DNA of 64,000 nt from the NCBI RefSeq assembly GCF_009914755.1, contig NC_060945.1. One strand, written 5' to 3'. The stretch comes from the human T2T-CHM13v2.0 reference genome, Homo sapiens. The notes below the pieces were generated by a model. The model searched no databases, was not told the DNA's origin, and was given only the letters and a program-made list of their open reading frames with translations. This document shows, piece after piece, positions 1 to 20,510 of this stretch. Position 1 is the first letter of the stretch. Each line of letters starts with the position of its first letter. The position numbers and the translations under genes are program-made.

Positions 1-193
1 TAGTTTTGGAAAAGGCAATATTCTATTGGTAAAAGTACATTATTCAGAAAGAAGCAATCAGGAGAGAGTGGGAAAACAGGGATAGAAGTTCTAACTTTGG
101 GCAGCAGGTTTCAGGCTTTTCAGCTCAAAGGTGGGGTTTCACTGGGGACCCTCCCCTGTCTGCCAAGAATTTCCATGCCTCCTGCCTCTATCA
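1..193. mobile_element. End of an ERV-type LTR, truncated by the window start; family unassigned
   Basis: LTR-like composition ending in ...cctgcctctatCA at 193, followed by unrelated AT-rich sequence. Confidence 0.5.
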
Positions 194-2289
194 ACCGGAA
201 AACATATTCATGAAGTGCAAGAGCTGTTGCCAAGTCTCATGAATATTCTCAAATATATTCTCCTGAAGGAAAAAAATGACGCAAGGGGAAACAATATGAA
301 ACAGACTTTATAGAAATTAATATACACTCCAAGCCAACAGAAGGATTACAGATCATGCCTTCAGCCACAGAAAGTACAAGAAGAAGCATCTGAGGGAACA
401 GTGGGCAGAGTAAATGCTGTGGAGTTACAAAAGAAATGTCTATAAGTCAACCCTGCAGGTAATAAAATAGGTTCTGCATAGTGGTATTTGTTTGTCCTTA
501 AGCTCCACTCACCTATGTGTTTAAAATTTGTATATCTGTTTTATATCAATTTATTTTATTCAAGTCCGTATCAACATGGATTCTAAAAACTGGCTTCACA
601 GCTATTTCTGCTAACTTCCTGAAAAGCCTGATTTTTGTCTAGAAAACAAATAGAATAAACTCACATTTCTCTCCTCTGGTCTTCTCGTATCAATGGCATA
701 GCACTATGTTCAATGTTGTCATAGGGACCACCTCTTACACTCTCACAGTGACCTCTGTTGCAAAAGGGAACCAATATTGTCCTGAATCCCTAAAAACACA
801 CCAGGGACAGGGCTGTGCTTTCTAAGAAGATTTGACAAAACCAAGAAAAAAAAAGAAATTAAAAGAAAAAGTAGCTTATCACTATTATTATGTACTCTTA
901 AAATCCAGAGTTCTAGGGTGTACCTCATCATCCCTGATTAGAACCTGGTAGTTTTCTATGTAGTAGTGGCCAACTCAGCCTGACCAACAGGAATGCATTC
1001 CTGAAACTCCCTGCTCTTCTTTAATGATAAAAGATTTTATTACTTGTCCAAGTTCAAGTCCCATCCCATTTTCTTCTCAAGATATAAATAATTCATGATT
1101 AATAATAAAACAATTTCCTTGGAGAATCTCTCCCAACAGAAAATTGGCTGTATCCAAGGCACAGTAAACAAACATAGTAGTTGAAAGTACATTATGCCAA
1201 GTTTGTGTTTATTATCTTAATGACACTATAGGTACCTCACCCTCAGTTGGCCTAGATTTTTGATAACCAGAATGGGGCATCTCCTTTACATGATATTTCT
1301 CCTAAAGTTAAATAAAAGTAAAATTAGACATAAAAGTCCTTGTTGCTAAGATCTGGTTTTCTTCTACTGTCTACTTTGAGTAAATGCAGAGACTAAGACA
1401 AACAAACAAATAGGACTAAAAATATATTGCTAAAAATCTATTTTTGATCTTTATAGTACTTTAAATCTCCATTTGGGAACTCTTTTTTTCAAACAATTTT
1501 TTAAAAACAATTATATTATTTTTAAAAAATGGTTTAAAGTTGATGAAGTTATGGTTTATGCTCAATAATAGTTTATAATCAAGTTATTTCACTCAACTTT
1601 TATTGGTGAACAGAATACTTAACATTGTCTTATAAAGCCTCTATGTGGGTTCCTATTTTAGTATGTTCTACCTTATATGTGGATGATATTAAGCAACTCT
1701 TCTCTCAAAATAAAGGTATACACTCCTCTAAAGACAAACGTTGATACCCTGAAAGCAGAAACAAATTTACCTCTGTCCTAATGGTGGTTTTCTGGCCACA
1801 AATCCTACTACAAGTTACCCATAGTAACTTCAAGCAATTCATAGCAATATCCGAGTTGCCAATAGATTATCAGAAGGCACAGTACTGTGAGTCATTCTTC
1901 TGGAATGCTAAGACAGAAATGTGAAAAATAAATTTACTAAAAATGAGCTGAGATATTGAAACCCTTCAGGAGAAACAGACAATGGACCTGAGATATCAGG
2001 AGCTCTTTTGAAGATGGCCTACCAAAGTTATCAAAAATCAACTTAACTTCAGGAAAGCCATGCAAAAAGGAGAGTTGGGCCTTAGAATTCCTATGTTAAG
2101 TAGCTGTTGGATGAGATAAGTGAATATGAAATAATTCAATGCTTACTACCTAGAGGCTTCAGTCCTGCCCTATAGTGAGTGATATGACCTTTGAGGGAAT
2201 TCACTGTGTTAAATTGTCATGCTTACTGATGAGCTCAAAACTGTCTAATAATCTTCTGAGTAGACTGATACCAAGTGTACTTCATGATA

Positions 2290-2620
2290 GTATTTTGACA
2301 CTGAATACCTAGGTGAACTTAAGAAGGCCTTTGGTGATCACTGCAGGCGTCCTCTGATTACAGATGGTATGTAAAGGAATAGGGCTAGATAAAAATTTTA
2401 AGGAGGGCCAAAAGACAAGAGAAGGGGACACAGGACTGTATTTTGAGGCACTTTAGAAGTTAGAGGTCAAGGAGAGAAGGAGGAATCAGGAGGAAACTGA
2501 AAAAGAAACACCTATTGATGTGGAAATATAATCAAAAGAATGTGGTATACTGAAAACCAAAGGAAAGTTGTATTTTAAAAAGATAGGAGAAATCGCCTGT
2601 GTCAAATGTCACCTAATACA
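2290..2620 (-). mobile_element. Degenerate LINE-2 fragment
   Basis: Purine-rich L2-like motifs (ggagagaaggaggaatcagg...gaaaaccaaaggaaag...tgtgtcaaatg). Boundaries approximate. Confidence 0.5.
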
Positions 2621-3889
2621 ATAAAATAGAATATTGCAAGAAAGAGCGTGGTGTAAGGGGGTAGTTATTTTTGGCTGATCTCTGTTCTGATTGGCTAACA
2701 CCCATGCCACACCCTAAAAGGCAACGTTAGTCCAACTTTTCTGGAATTTGGGCGAGAAGTGCACAGGGAAGTTAGAGTTGGTTTTAAGCCTACTCTACCT
2801 TGTCCCAAAGATGTCATGTTGTCAACATCTTCAGTGGCAAGATTACGTGGAGACAGTGGAAGAATGACTAGGAAGGGAAAGAAAAAAGAAATAGGGCAAG
2901 GGATAGTTTAGCTTGTACATACATCAATATTTCATTCCTTTATAAGAAATTACCAAAGGAAATGAAATAGAAGTTTTTCTCTATTTTTGCTTTTCCTAAA
3001 TACTAAGAATTAAATTCCTTGTTAAAACTAAACTATATCAAAAGAGAAATACATAGAGAATAATAAGTATTTGAGGAGCTCATTGATATTGACACCTATT
3101 AATCATCCTAAATATCTAAGGACAATACACAATTGTGTTTTTATGACTGATTAAATTTCAAGGTGATTACTTCAGAATAGATTGTGTGTTGTTGTATTTT
3201 TTAAAAATTATATGCTACATTTGGTGCACAGTCATTTCCCATTCTTCATATGGCACATGGCGCTTTCTTTAATGACACATGTGGGCTGGGAAATGTCTCA
3301 ATGAATGGAAGGTGCAATTCCAGTCATTTAATACACCCTGCTGCCAGTCAGTGCATGTTGCTTTTTGCCATTCACTTAAAAATTCCCTTTTGTTTTATCA
3401 ACAACTTCACCTCCGCTAAAAACAGGTTGTCAAGAATGACTACACCTGGCATTTTATTCATAAGGAAATTTCACATTACATCACAGTATTTGGAAAGAGA
3501 ATGTGGAAAGTTGATATTCTCTCTAATCCTTGTGCTTTACTTCACTTTTTTACGTGAAAAGTACTGTTAACAAGTATTTTCATGATTGGCATCAGCAGTC
3601 AGGCTGTAAGAAGTTAAGCATCCAGCACATCTCAACTGTGTAGCCATTGATCCAAATGCTCTCCTTTCCCCCTGAAAAAAGTAGGGGTCACAATCTGGTT
3701 ATGTGGCAGTTATCTTCATGACCAAGCCAATTCATGGTGACAGACTATTCTATTCCATTAATTTCTAACCCAACATGAGGCTGTAGGTGGTGGAAATCAG
3801 GTTACATTTTTAGATATACAATAAAACCCATTTTTTAGAGCTAACTTACTCATAATTAGTATTATCTAGATAAGAGCTAGGATGAGAAT

Positions 3890-4080
3890 TTATCTCTACA
3901 AAAAAAATGTTTTTTAATTAGCTGGGCATGGTGGTGCACACTTGTAGTCTGAGCTACTCTGAGGGTTGAGGCAAGAGAATCCTTTGAGCCCAGAGGGTTG
4001 AGAATCTAGTGAGCCATGATTGATCATACCCCTGCACTCTAGCCTGGGCAACACAGTGAGACCCTGTCTTAAAAAGAAAA
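3890..4080 (+). mobile_element. Old Alu right arm (AluJ/FRAM-like)
   Basis: ttagctgggcatggtgg...ttgagccca...gcctgggcaacacagtgagaccctgtct followed by a short A tail. Confidence 0.85.
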
Positions 4081-4192
4081 ACAGACTACCCAATTAATAG
4101 CGCAAACAAAATTTCAGGGGTAAGATATCTGTATTTATTCTATCCATATATAATAGAAAATCCATTTGCTCAAGTAAAAATTTTAGTTGTGA

Positions 4193-4630
<438 letters not shown>

Positions 4631-5136
4631 TAATATTTGGGGCACACTTTCTAGGAAGAAATCAGTAGCGAAATAGATTCTTAGTAATTGAATCTAATTA
4701 CTCAGATAAATTTATCACACACTTGTAAATCACTGAGAAGCAATAGGAATTGGCTGAAGACTCTAGACTTGGAATTAGGAAGCTTGGCTTCAGACCTGAA
4801 GATTTTCTGGATTATTTTTTGACCTTGATAAAGTACTCATAACATCTCAAGCCTTTTTGTAAAGAGAGGAGTAGTTTTCATGATCATTAACCTTTTTGGA
4901 TTGTGAAAATTTCTGAGTCTAGGATGAAAGCTAATGACCCATTTACCCAGAAAAACACAAGAAAGTACAAACCCAAGGTTTAAGGATACTCAAGGCAACC
5001 AAAAACAACACTGCCAGTTAGTTTTTCTGTGCATATACATTTATTTGTGTATGTTCTACAAAATATATTTTATATGTATAGTTTTGTACCTTTCTATATG
5101 TTCCATTTACAGTCCTGTAACTTTTTTTCTTTCATA

Positions 5137-8700
<3,564 letters not shown>

Positions 8701-8759
8701 TTTGACCTTGGGCTTCTCTATATATCTCTCTCAGAGAGATTCTGTATTTTTTAGTTCTT

Positions 8760-8862
8760 TAAATAAACAGAATTTTTAATAAATAGATTTAATAATTTAG
8801 ATTAATATTTTAAATTTAATAAATAGATTCTTTAAATAAATAGATTAAATAAATAGATTTTT
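8760..8862. repeat. AT-rich degenerate tandem repeat of aataaatagatt
   Basis: Several imperfect copies of aataaatagatt. Confidence 0.7.
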
Positions 8863-9529
8863 AAAGCTTCCTGTAGTCATCCTTTTCTTTCAAGGTTTTT
8901 GGTCAACCTTTTTATTCCCATCTGGTATTATTCCCCAGGCATCTATATTGTTAAACAATTGCTGCTAATTGTTTTCAGCAATCACCCAGGGACAGGGATT
9001 TTCTTATTGGATGAACTCCATTGAATGAGCTTTTTTTCCCCCTATTTCTACTGAATGAGTTCTTTTAATATTGAATGAGTTCTTGACATCACTAAGTGAA
9101 ATAATCACAAACCCTGTGAATGGAACTCTTAGGGGAGTTGCCAGGTAAAATAGTGACAATTACCTGATGATGGGGCTTTTTGACAAACTCCATTCCTACT
9201 ATACCTACCCTCATAGCTGTTAAGTTGCAGTTCTTCACAACTACCATGATTTAAAAGCTGTTGGTTTTTAAGACAACAACAAAGCTGGTGAGTGGAGAAT
9301 GGAAATAAAGCATGTTAAAAAACAAACAAACAAACAAACAAAATTGTTCTTACCAAATTTTAACCATTTTGCTTGAATGAATATTCCTCAGCTAGTATAA
9401 GCCTCTAGTTAAGTGTTCTAAAACAGTTGATTTTGGCCATTTTGGCCAATGTTCCCTCATTGTTTGTGTAGAGGATTATATTTTTGGAGTTTCTAACTCC
9501 ACAATTCGAAAAGTTTCACTCTGTATTGT

Positions 9530-9920
9530 TCTATAAGTCAGTTCTCACATTGCTATAAAGGAATGCCTCAGACTGAGTAATTTATAAAGAAATAAGGTTC
9601 AATTGACTCATGGGTTCACAGGCTGTACAGGAAGCAAGGCTGGGGAGGCCTCGGGAAACCTCCCCGAGAACCTAGTCATGACAGAAGGTGAAGGGTAAGC
9701 AGTCCTGTCTTACATGACCAGAGCAAGAAGAAGAGAGACAGGGGGTGGTGCCACACACTTTTAAACAATCAAATCTCATAAGCACTCATTCACTATCATG
9801 AGAGCAGCAGTAGGCGGATATCCACTCCCATGATTCAGTCACCTCTCACTTGATTACACCTCCAACATTGGGGATTATAATTTGACATGAGATTTTACAC
9901 AGCATCCTAAACAGCCATCT
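9530..9920 (-). mobile_element. MaLR solo LTR (MSTA/THE1D-like)
   Basis: cattgctataaaggaatgcc...ggggaggcctc...cccatgattcagtcacctc...tgacatgagattt. Confidence 0.85.
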
Positions 9921-10277
9921 AAATAATGAGATACATATATGTATATACATATATCTCATCATTTTGAGCTGCAAACTTTTACTGGAGGCAATAGAAATAC
10001 TAAATGTGAATAAAATATGTGTAATGCTCAAAGGACTTTGCTTCAAAACATCATGTTGTAAACATCACGTTATTTATGTAATTATGTATAAGAATTTTGG
10101 AATACAAACAATATTATTTTTATAGCAGTAAGTACAATAGTTTGTGGCACTTTTCTGTTGCTTTAGCTTTTCATAATTTCTTTTTGCGATCGTTTACAAT
10201 GCCCATTCCCTAAGACACCCTTGAAAAACGTATCTATACACTGAGCAAATATTCCAGAAAATATAAACACATCAAGT

Positions 10278-10811
10278 TGTCACAGGGTGAAGCTCAAAAT
10301 TGGGGCTCAGCCTGGAAGATCACGTGGGTTTTTGGCACAGGAAGGAATTCAAGAGGGAGCCAACAATAAACTGAAATCAAGTTTATTATGAAAGTAAAGC
10401 AATAAAACGTTGGCTGTTCCATAGATCAAGCAGCCCCAAAGGCTGCTAGTTGTCTATTTTATGGTTATTTCTTCATTATACACTAAACAAGGAGTGGATT
10501 ATTCATTGGTTTTCCAGGAAAGGGGCTAGTGGCCAGAACAGAGGGTTCCTCCTCCTTTCAGACCATATGGAATAACTTTTGAACACTTCCACGGCATTTG
10601 TAAACAGTCATGGTGCTGGTGGAAGTGCCTTTTAGCGTGCTATTACATTATAATTAGCGTATAACAAGCAGGTAGGACAATCAGTGGTCACTTTTCTTGT
10701 CATCTTTGTTTTGGTGGGTTTTGGCTGGCTTCTTTAAAGCATCCTGTTTATCTGTGGGATCTTTGTGACCTATAGCTTGCAAGACCAGCCCTGCCTAGAA
10801 CTCCTAACTCA
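10278..10811 (-). mobile_element. ERV1-class solo LTR with a 4-bp TSD
   Basis: TG...CA termini; TSD aagt at 10274-10277 and 10812-10815; minus-strand AATAAA (tttatt) at about 10382. Family not assigned. Confidence 0.85.
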
Positions 10812-11926
10812 AAGTTATGAAAATGGCAAAATGTCCTTTAATGAGTGTATGTAATTACTAAAGCAATGCTATTAAGTACCAAGTGACTGCTTTTCAGCAA
10901 ATGACCTTCACAATATGTACATTGAAGAAATATTCAAGTTTTAGCACTTTAATACTTGCAATATGTGCTTACTTTTAATTAAAGAAGAAATAAGTCATTG
11001 ATGTCAGATAGCTGATACAAAGCCTGTGATACAATCTCAAACACTGTGTTAGATGATGTGTGAAACACACAACGATGCATTTTTCTTCTGAAAGATGAAT
11101 CCTAGCCTTGTACTAGTGATTCACAAAAATTCAAGCCCCCTTAACCATTTGGTGTCTTCCCAGACACAGGACTTAGAATCCTAACTGTAGTACATATCAA
11201 ATCTGTTAGAAAGTAGATAAATTCAACACACAGAGAATATAACATTTAATGAAATTAACAAGTGAGGAAATACTTATTTAAAGGGTATGCTAATGCCATT
11301 ACTTCATATTTTAGGTTTTCATGGAAATTTCCAAAGAAATTCATCCTGATAGATTTACTAGACAGCTTATCATACTATGTAATCATAGACTCCTGAGAAT
11401 TATCTTATTTTCCAAAACATTGTTTGATCATATATCCTTAATTTCTAGAATCACAAGTGGAGGGAGGTGTAAGGGCAGATGTTCCCTTGAAAAGCAAATT
11501 GAAAAAGAAAAGAGTAATTGCAAAAGGATTCCTTGGCATTTGTCTTGAGAATTTTCTTTAGAGTAACACTCATCTTCAAGTCAATGCATGGAATTTCCTT
11601 CCAGTGTAGGGAAAAATTTGAAAAAATGAGAGGGACCATTGTAATTTTCACTATAACTGGGTGGTAGTATGTGGGTGTTAATTAATTATTTGTTTTTACA
11701 CCTAGTGAGTCATCTCTTATTAAGGAATAAAGAGTTCATAAAACTTTCTCATCAGTGCTAATTTGTTACCAATAAATAACTTAATGAAGTGGATAAATAT
11801 TATTTAAATTTTGTTATATCCCACCTACAAAGGTAATAAGACTAAAAACGTGATGCTTCTCCTTTATTTCTAGCCATTGTAATTTTTTCAAAAATTTTCA
11901 ACAAATAAATATGTTTTAATTTCCTA

Positions 11927-12735
11927 TTGCTTTTAAAAATCAATCCAGAAAGATTAGACTGGCTCAATTATATGAATACCACCTTCATTCCAGCAACTTG
12001 TAGGGTTAGCAATAAGACTCACTACAGGTGTAATCTATGACCTAGTAATTTAATATACATTTTGGACAATCACGCAGAGGTGTCACTTACCTTTACGAGC
12101 ACATTAATTGGGCATATAGAAAAAGCTGTAAAATAAACAGCTTTTCATTGTTTTTACTTGCCAGTTTTTTTTCAGAATTTTCCAGTATATAATTTCTGAT
12201 TGAGTAATTACATTTTTCTTTCATGTCCATGTCACCAGGGGCTCCAGTGAATCCATGCTGGAGCTTCAGTTTGCTTTCCTGGGCGTTGTCTTTAGGCATA
12301 AAGTAACCTGAGTAGATTACCGAGGCAGAAAATGGTCCTGATGTTGGCTTTCTCTCTGCCTCTTGTCTGTACAAATAATTTCTCTTCTGTCTAAGCAGTT
12401 TAGCACACATGTAGCTCTCTATTCTATTGCTCCACTCAAGTTGCAGCACTTTGCATGTGAGTGTGTATGATGATGCTGGGGAAAATGAGGAGAGGCATGC
12501 TATTCTGAAATAATGTTTCAATAGAAATAAGGTATCCTAATGAGAAAGGAAGGATTCATAAATCCTTCATGACTTTAAAAGCTTGTTGCTTTTAAAAATC
12601 AATCCAAAAGGATTAGACTGGCTCAATTACATGAATACCACCCTCATTCCAGAAACTTGTAAATGTAGCAGTAAGACCTACTGCAGAAGTAATGCTGATA
12701 AAGAAAGTATCCTAATGGGAAAGGAAGGATTCATA
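11927..12735 (+). repeat. Local direct duplication with A1-X-B1-A2-B2 structure
   Basis: About 107 bp at 11927-12034 recurs at 12586-12693; 29 bp at 12532-12560 recurs at 12707-12735 (28/29 identical). Confidence 0.9.
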
Positions 12736-15063
12736 TGGCTACCTTGTGAACAGGTGCCTACTTTGATTTCCTTCAAAGTGCAAAAATCAGGAACTCACCG
12801 TTTAGAAGTCTGGCTTCAAACTATTCCCCTTTTAGATAAGTAAAAGTCACAAAATCATAAAAATATGACAATAGACCACAGTTATGTAATTTTCATATAC
12901 ATATTCATCCCTCAAAGAGACCGTAATTAACCTTTTAGCTCTTCTTTCTCTGACCATAGAGAGATAACAATGTTTTATTTTATCATTGTCTACCAGCAGT
13001 TTAATATTTCCATTGTCCCATAGGTCTGTTACCATCCAACCATCCCCATCACTTGTTCCTTTATACCGCTACAGCTGAGACCGCTGCTAGCCTTTCTCGC
13101 CTGGAGCAATAACTAACATTTGGTGGCCTTCCAATGCTCTTCCCTGGCCCACTATTTGTCAGCCAGTTTTCCTTACTAGGAGAACTGGGCAGACCTTATT
13201 GGAGATAGTGAGAACAGCAGAGAGAAAACCTTTCGAATAAAATTAGACAATTGATTCTGCTTCTTTAAGTCTTTTGGAGTACTTTGCTTTTTTCTTTCTT
13301 CTACAGATGCCTAAGGGAGAAAAAAAAAGGGAAAGCCCGAAAGAAATCTCTGGTTAACTGGAGAATCCAGGAAATATGTGTCATTTCGAAACTCAATTTC
13401 ACATCAGACCAAGGGTTGGTAGTGACACATCCTGCTAATAAAACCATCCAGACAAGTCCTCACAAGCTAGTAGTGTGTTTTTTGATTTCTGCGGTGACCT
13501 CACTTAGAGGAGATGCCGTTGGTTTGGTGGATATTACTGAAAATGAACAGGGGACACTTATGTACCCGAAGAAGTGAAAACAAAAACATTCTGATGAAAC
13601 TGTTTTGAATTTTTTGTGCCTAAATTTTCAACTAATTTTTTTCTACCATGATCAACTTGAGGAATCCTGTTCCTTTGATATCAGTTAGTGTTAGGAAGGC
13701 ATCGAATTCACTGGAGTACAGGAAAGGGTTATTGTCATTGTTTGTAGGTGTTGGGGGATGGGTATGCTGCTGGGGGACATGAGAGTTCAGAGATATTGCA
13801 AAAAACAGAAATTATATTTAATAACACAAAAGGTATTAGTCTCTAAAATAAAAAATAAAGACATAGACTATACTTTTATAATTATATTAATTCATATTTT
13901 ATAAACTAACTTGGTAGTTCTATTTTTTAACTGAGTTAATGACATTTTAAAACATTTTTTTGTGAAAAAAATAATTTTGTTTGAATTATCAGCAGTTTCT
14001 AGATGTGAGGATTTGATTTTAATTTACTTATCAATATTTATGAAGTTAGAAATATTGAAAGAAAAGTGTGAAAATAATTAGACTAACAAAAGCTTAAACA
14101 TCAAACAAAAGTTAAAAAATGAAGTTATTTCTGACAACTACGTGATTAACATACAACTGCTGAATTATGTAAATTATATTGCAAATATTTTATTTAATAA
14201 TTCTCATGACATGCTGATTGCCTACATATTTGTGTTCATATAACAAACACATTTATTCACTACTTTTTAAAAGCATATTATATAATGTTTTTATAATTTT
14301 AATAGAAGGAATGTTAAAATAACACTTCAATCACATCTTCCTCTTATACAGATAAAATGGCACTTTTTTAAATAAAAATGCGTCATTAAATCATTTTTTC
14401 CACCCAAAGAACACAAATAGCAAATATCTCAATTATAAAGAAAAAAAGTCTTCTGAGATCTTTCCCGATTTAGAAGTCTACTATTCTGAATTGGCTAAAA
14501 TAAAAGCAATGACTTTACATAGTTGAACCCACTCCCCCCCTTAAAACTGAAATGTGTTAAGAGAGTGGTGAATAAAAATAACTGAGCTGACAGATTACAT
14601 CATCTAATTTACACCCACACAACCACTAGCTCCTTTATTTCAAATAAAGCTCCTTTGAGTCTTGATGGTAGAGTCACATAATCTCAGGTCTGCATGGCAT
14701 TCCCATTTACGGTGTTTCTCCACCAGGGAAAATTGGTGAAACTCAAAGTTCCCAGGATGATGCTGGGAAGAACTTAGAGATAAAACATGCACTGCCTAAG
14801 AGGAGTGGAATGTGAATGGAGATGAGGCTGTAGACCTAGGCAGGGATCCGACCTAAGGACCCCGGTGTCAGGCAAAGATTCTATCCTGCAGAAACTGAGA
14901 ATCATCAGAGAATTTTACCCAGAAGAGAAACACAATAACATGTGCCCTTTATAAACCTCATTCCAAGCAAGAGTGACACACATTAATACCTCTAACAGAC
15001 TATTTATTTAAAGAAATTTTTAAGAAAAATAAAATAACTTTAAAACCAGAAAATTTTTATGAA

Positions 15064-15469
15064 GCTCTCGTCCGTCCTTCCTTCCTTCCGTCCTTCCTCC
15101 CTCCCTTCCTTCCTCTCTCTCTTTCCTTTCCTTTTCTTTCTTTCTCTTTTCCTTCCTTCCTTCCTTCTTGCTTTCTTGCTTTCTTGTCTTTCTCTCCTTC
15201 CTTCCTTCCTTCCTCCCTCCCTCCCTTCCTCTCTCCCTCCCTCCCTTCCTCTCTCTTTTTTTTCTTTCTTTCTCTTTTCCTTCCTTCTTTCCTTCTTGCT
15301 TTCTTGTCTTTCTTTCTTGCCTGCCTTCCTCTCTCCCTCTTTCTTTCTTTCTTTTCTTTCTTTCCCTTTCTTTTTCCTTTCTTCTCTTTCTCTCCTTCTC
15401 CTCTCCTTCTCTCGCTCTTCCTTTCCTGTTCTTTCTTTCTTTGCTTTCTCTCTCTTTCTCTTCTTCCCC
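15064..15469. repeat. Polypyrimidine compound microsatellite (TTCC/TTTC/TCCC)
   Basis: About 406 bp with no A on the + strand and only scattered G. Confidence 0.97.
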
Positions 15470-16179
15470 AAAGTTACAATTGTGATTGTAGACACCTTAA
15501 AATTTCCAACTGAAAATCTTGTATTTTTTTTAGCTACTTAGTTTTGAAAGCCATAAAGCATTTTTCTTTCTAATCAATTTATTGAATATATATTAACACA
15601 TTGAAAATATATCTTTGGCCTATTATTGCTTAACCATATAGAAATACTTTATAATTCATGTGTGGTGTGTAATTTTGTTTTTGTTTATGTGTGGTTTTGC
15701 CAGTGTTCCCAAATCCCCCAGCCAATGTGCTTACCTGTGAGTTCAAGAAGAATTTTTTTAGTGTACAATTTTTTGCTTATCATCCTAATGCAAATAGTTA
15801 AAAAGTGGAGAAACTGTGTTGAAATAGGTATATATTATTTTAAATATATATGAAGTTTGATGAAATGAACATTAATTTTACATTAAAAAATTTTATTAAT
15901 TAACTCATTTATTCTATTAATATTTCTGAAGAGCCTATACTCCGGTAGTTCCAGAAATTTTGTTACTTAAGTGAACAAAACAAGATTCATGCCCTTCTGG
16001 AGATTACATTAAAGCAGAAAGTTACATTTAAGACAGTTATAAATGAGTATATTTTGCCTTGCTGAAGGGAAAATATTGTAAAGCAAGGCAGAGGAGAGGA
16101 GAGAAAAGAAATCAGAGAAGGTTAAGGAGAATTGAGGAGATTGTAGAGAAGTGAGGAACACAACTTCTTATTGATTTTT

Positions 16180-19430
<3,251 letters not shown>

Positions 19431-19633
19431 ACAATGAGATCACATGGACACAGGAAGGGGAATATCACACTCTGGGGACTGTGGTGGGGTCGGGGGAGGG
19501 GGGAGGGATAGCATTGGGAGATATACCTAATGCTAGATGACACATTAGTGGGTGCAGCGCACCAGCATGGCACATGTATACATATGTAACTAACCTGCAC
19601 AATGTGCACATGTACCCTAAAACTTAGAGTATA

Positions 19634-19666
<33 letters not shown>

Positions 19667-20171
19667 AATGTAAATCTGGACAAAAGCATGAAGAAGATGA
19701 AGGAGTTAGGCAGGGAGACATCTAGAAGTATATTCCTGGCAGAGTGACCATGGTGTTCCTTGCACGTTCCAGGAATAGCATGAGGACATCAACATGGTTA
19801 TTCGTTGTATCCAGTCATATTCAGCTGTACTTAGACATCTTATAGTAAATAAGAGCTGAGTTAAATGAATGTTGTGACTTTGCAAGTAAGTTCGATAATG
19901 GGAGAGAAGAACAAGGATAACACAAAGAATTTATTATAACAATTGTCCATGGAGTTTAGGCTGGAAGCAAAGAGAAAAAAGGGATACTGAGGCAATAAGT
20001 GAAGGTGAAAAGATTGTAGAATCAATAGATCACAGATAATAGTAGGGTTGAAAAACTCTTAAAGTTGAGTCATGAGAGGGAATGTCTGAAAAATACAGAA
20101 GAGAGCCAGATACATAAAACTAGGATAATGATGAAGTTGTAGTTATTGGTATCTTGGTGCCAAGGCCTGGG

Positions 20172-20510
20172 GCAGCACCGTCCAATAGAAATATAATGTC
20201 AGACACACATGTATTCAAACTGTTTTAGTATCTATCTTTAAAAAAAAATAAAAAGAAACACTAAATTTTGTTTATTAACATATTTTACTTAATTCAGGAT
20301 AGATAAAATATTACTACTACAATTTTCAATCAGAATAAACTTAATAAGGTATTTCCTATTATTATTATTATCATTATGATTATTCATTATTATTTTGGAA
20401 GCCAGTGTGTATTTTATACTTACAGCACGTCTCAGTTCTGATTGCCACATTTAAAGTGAACAATAGGCAAATGTAGCTAAAAATGGCTAATATACTGAAC
20501 AGTGAGGTCT
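20172..20510. mobile_element. hAT-Charlie derived DNA transposon fossil (MER33-like)
   Basis: gcaccgtccaatagaaatataatg...gtgtattttatacttacagcacgtctcagtt...tatactgaacagtg. Confidence 0.75.

Noticed and set aside
9015-9087. Three copies of tgaatgag(c/t)t
   Set aside because: Short local slippage duplication with no further structure.
12093-12521. 142-aa minus-strand ORF as a protein-coding gene
   Set aside because: It starts at a non-ATG codon, shows no recognisable domain and has no supporting gene structure; only the splice signals were kept as a low-level finding.
15040-15541. Four overlapping ORFs of 105-160 aa (K/E/R-rich or F/L/S/P-rich)
   Set aside because: Artefacts of the A-free pyrimidine microsatellite, which cannot contain stop codons.
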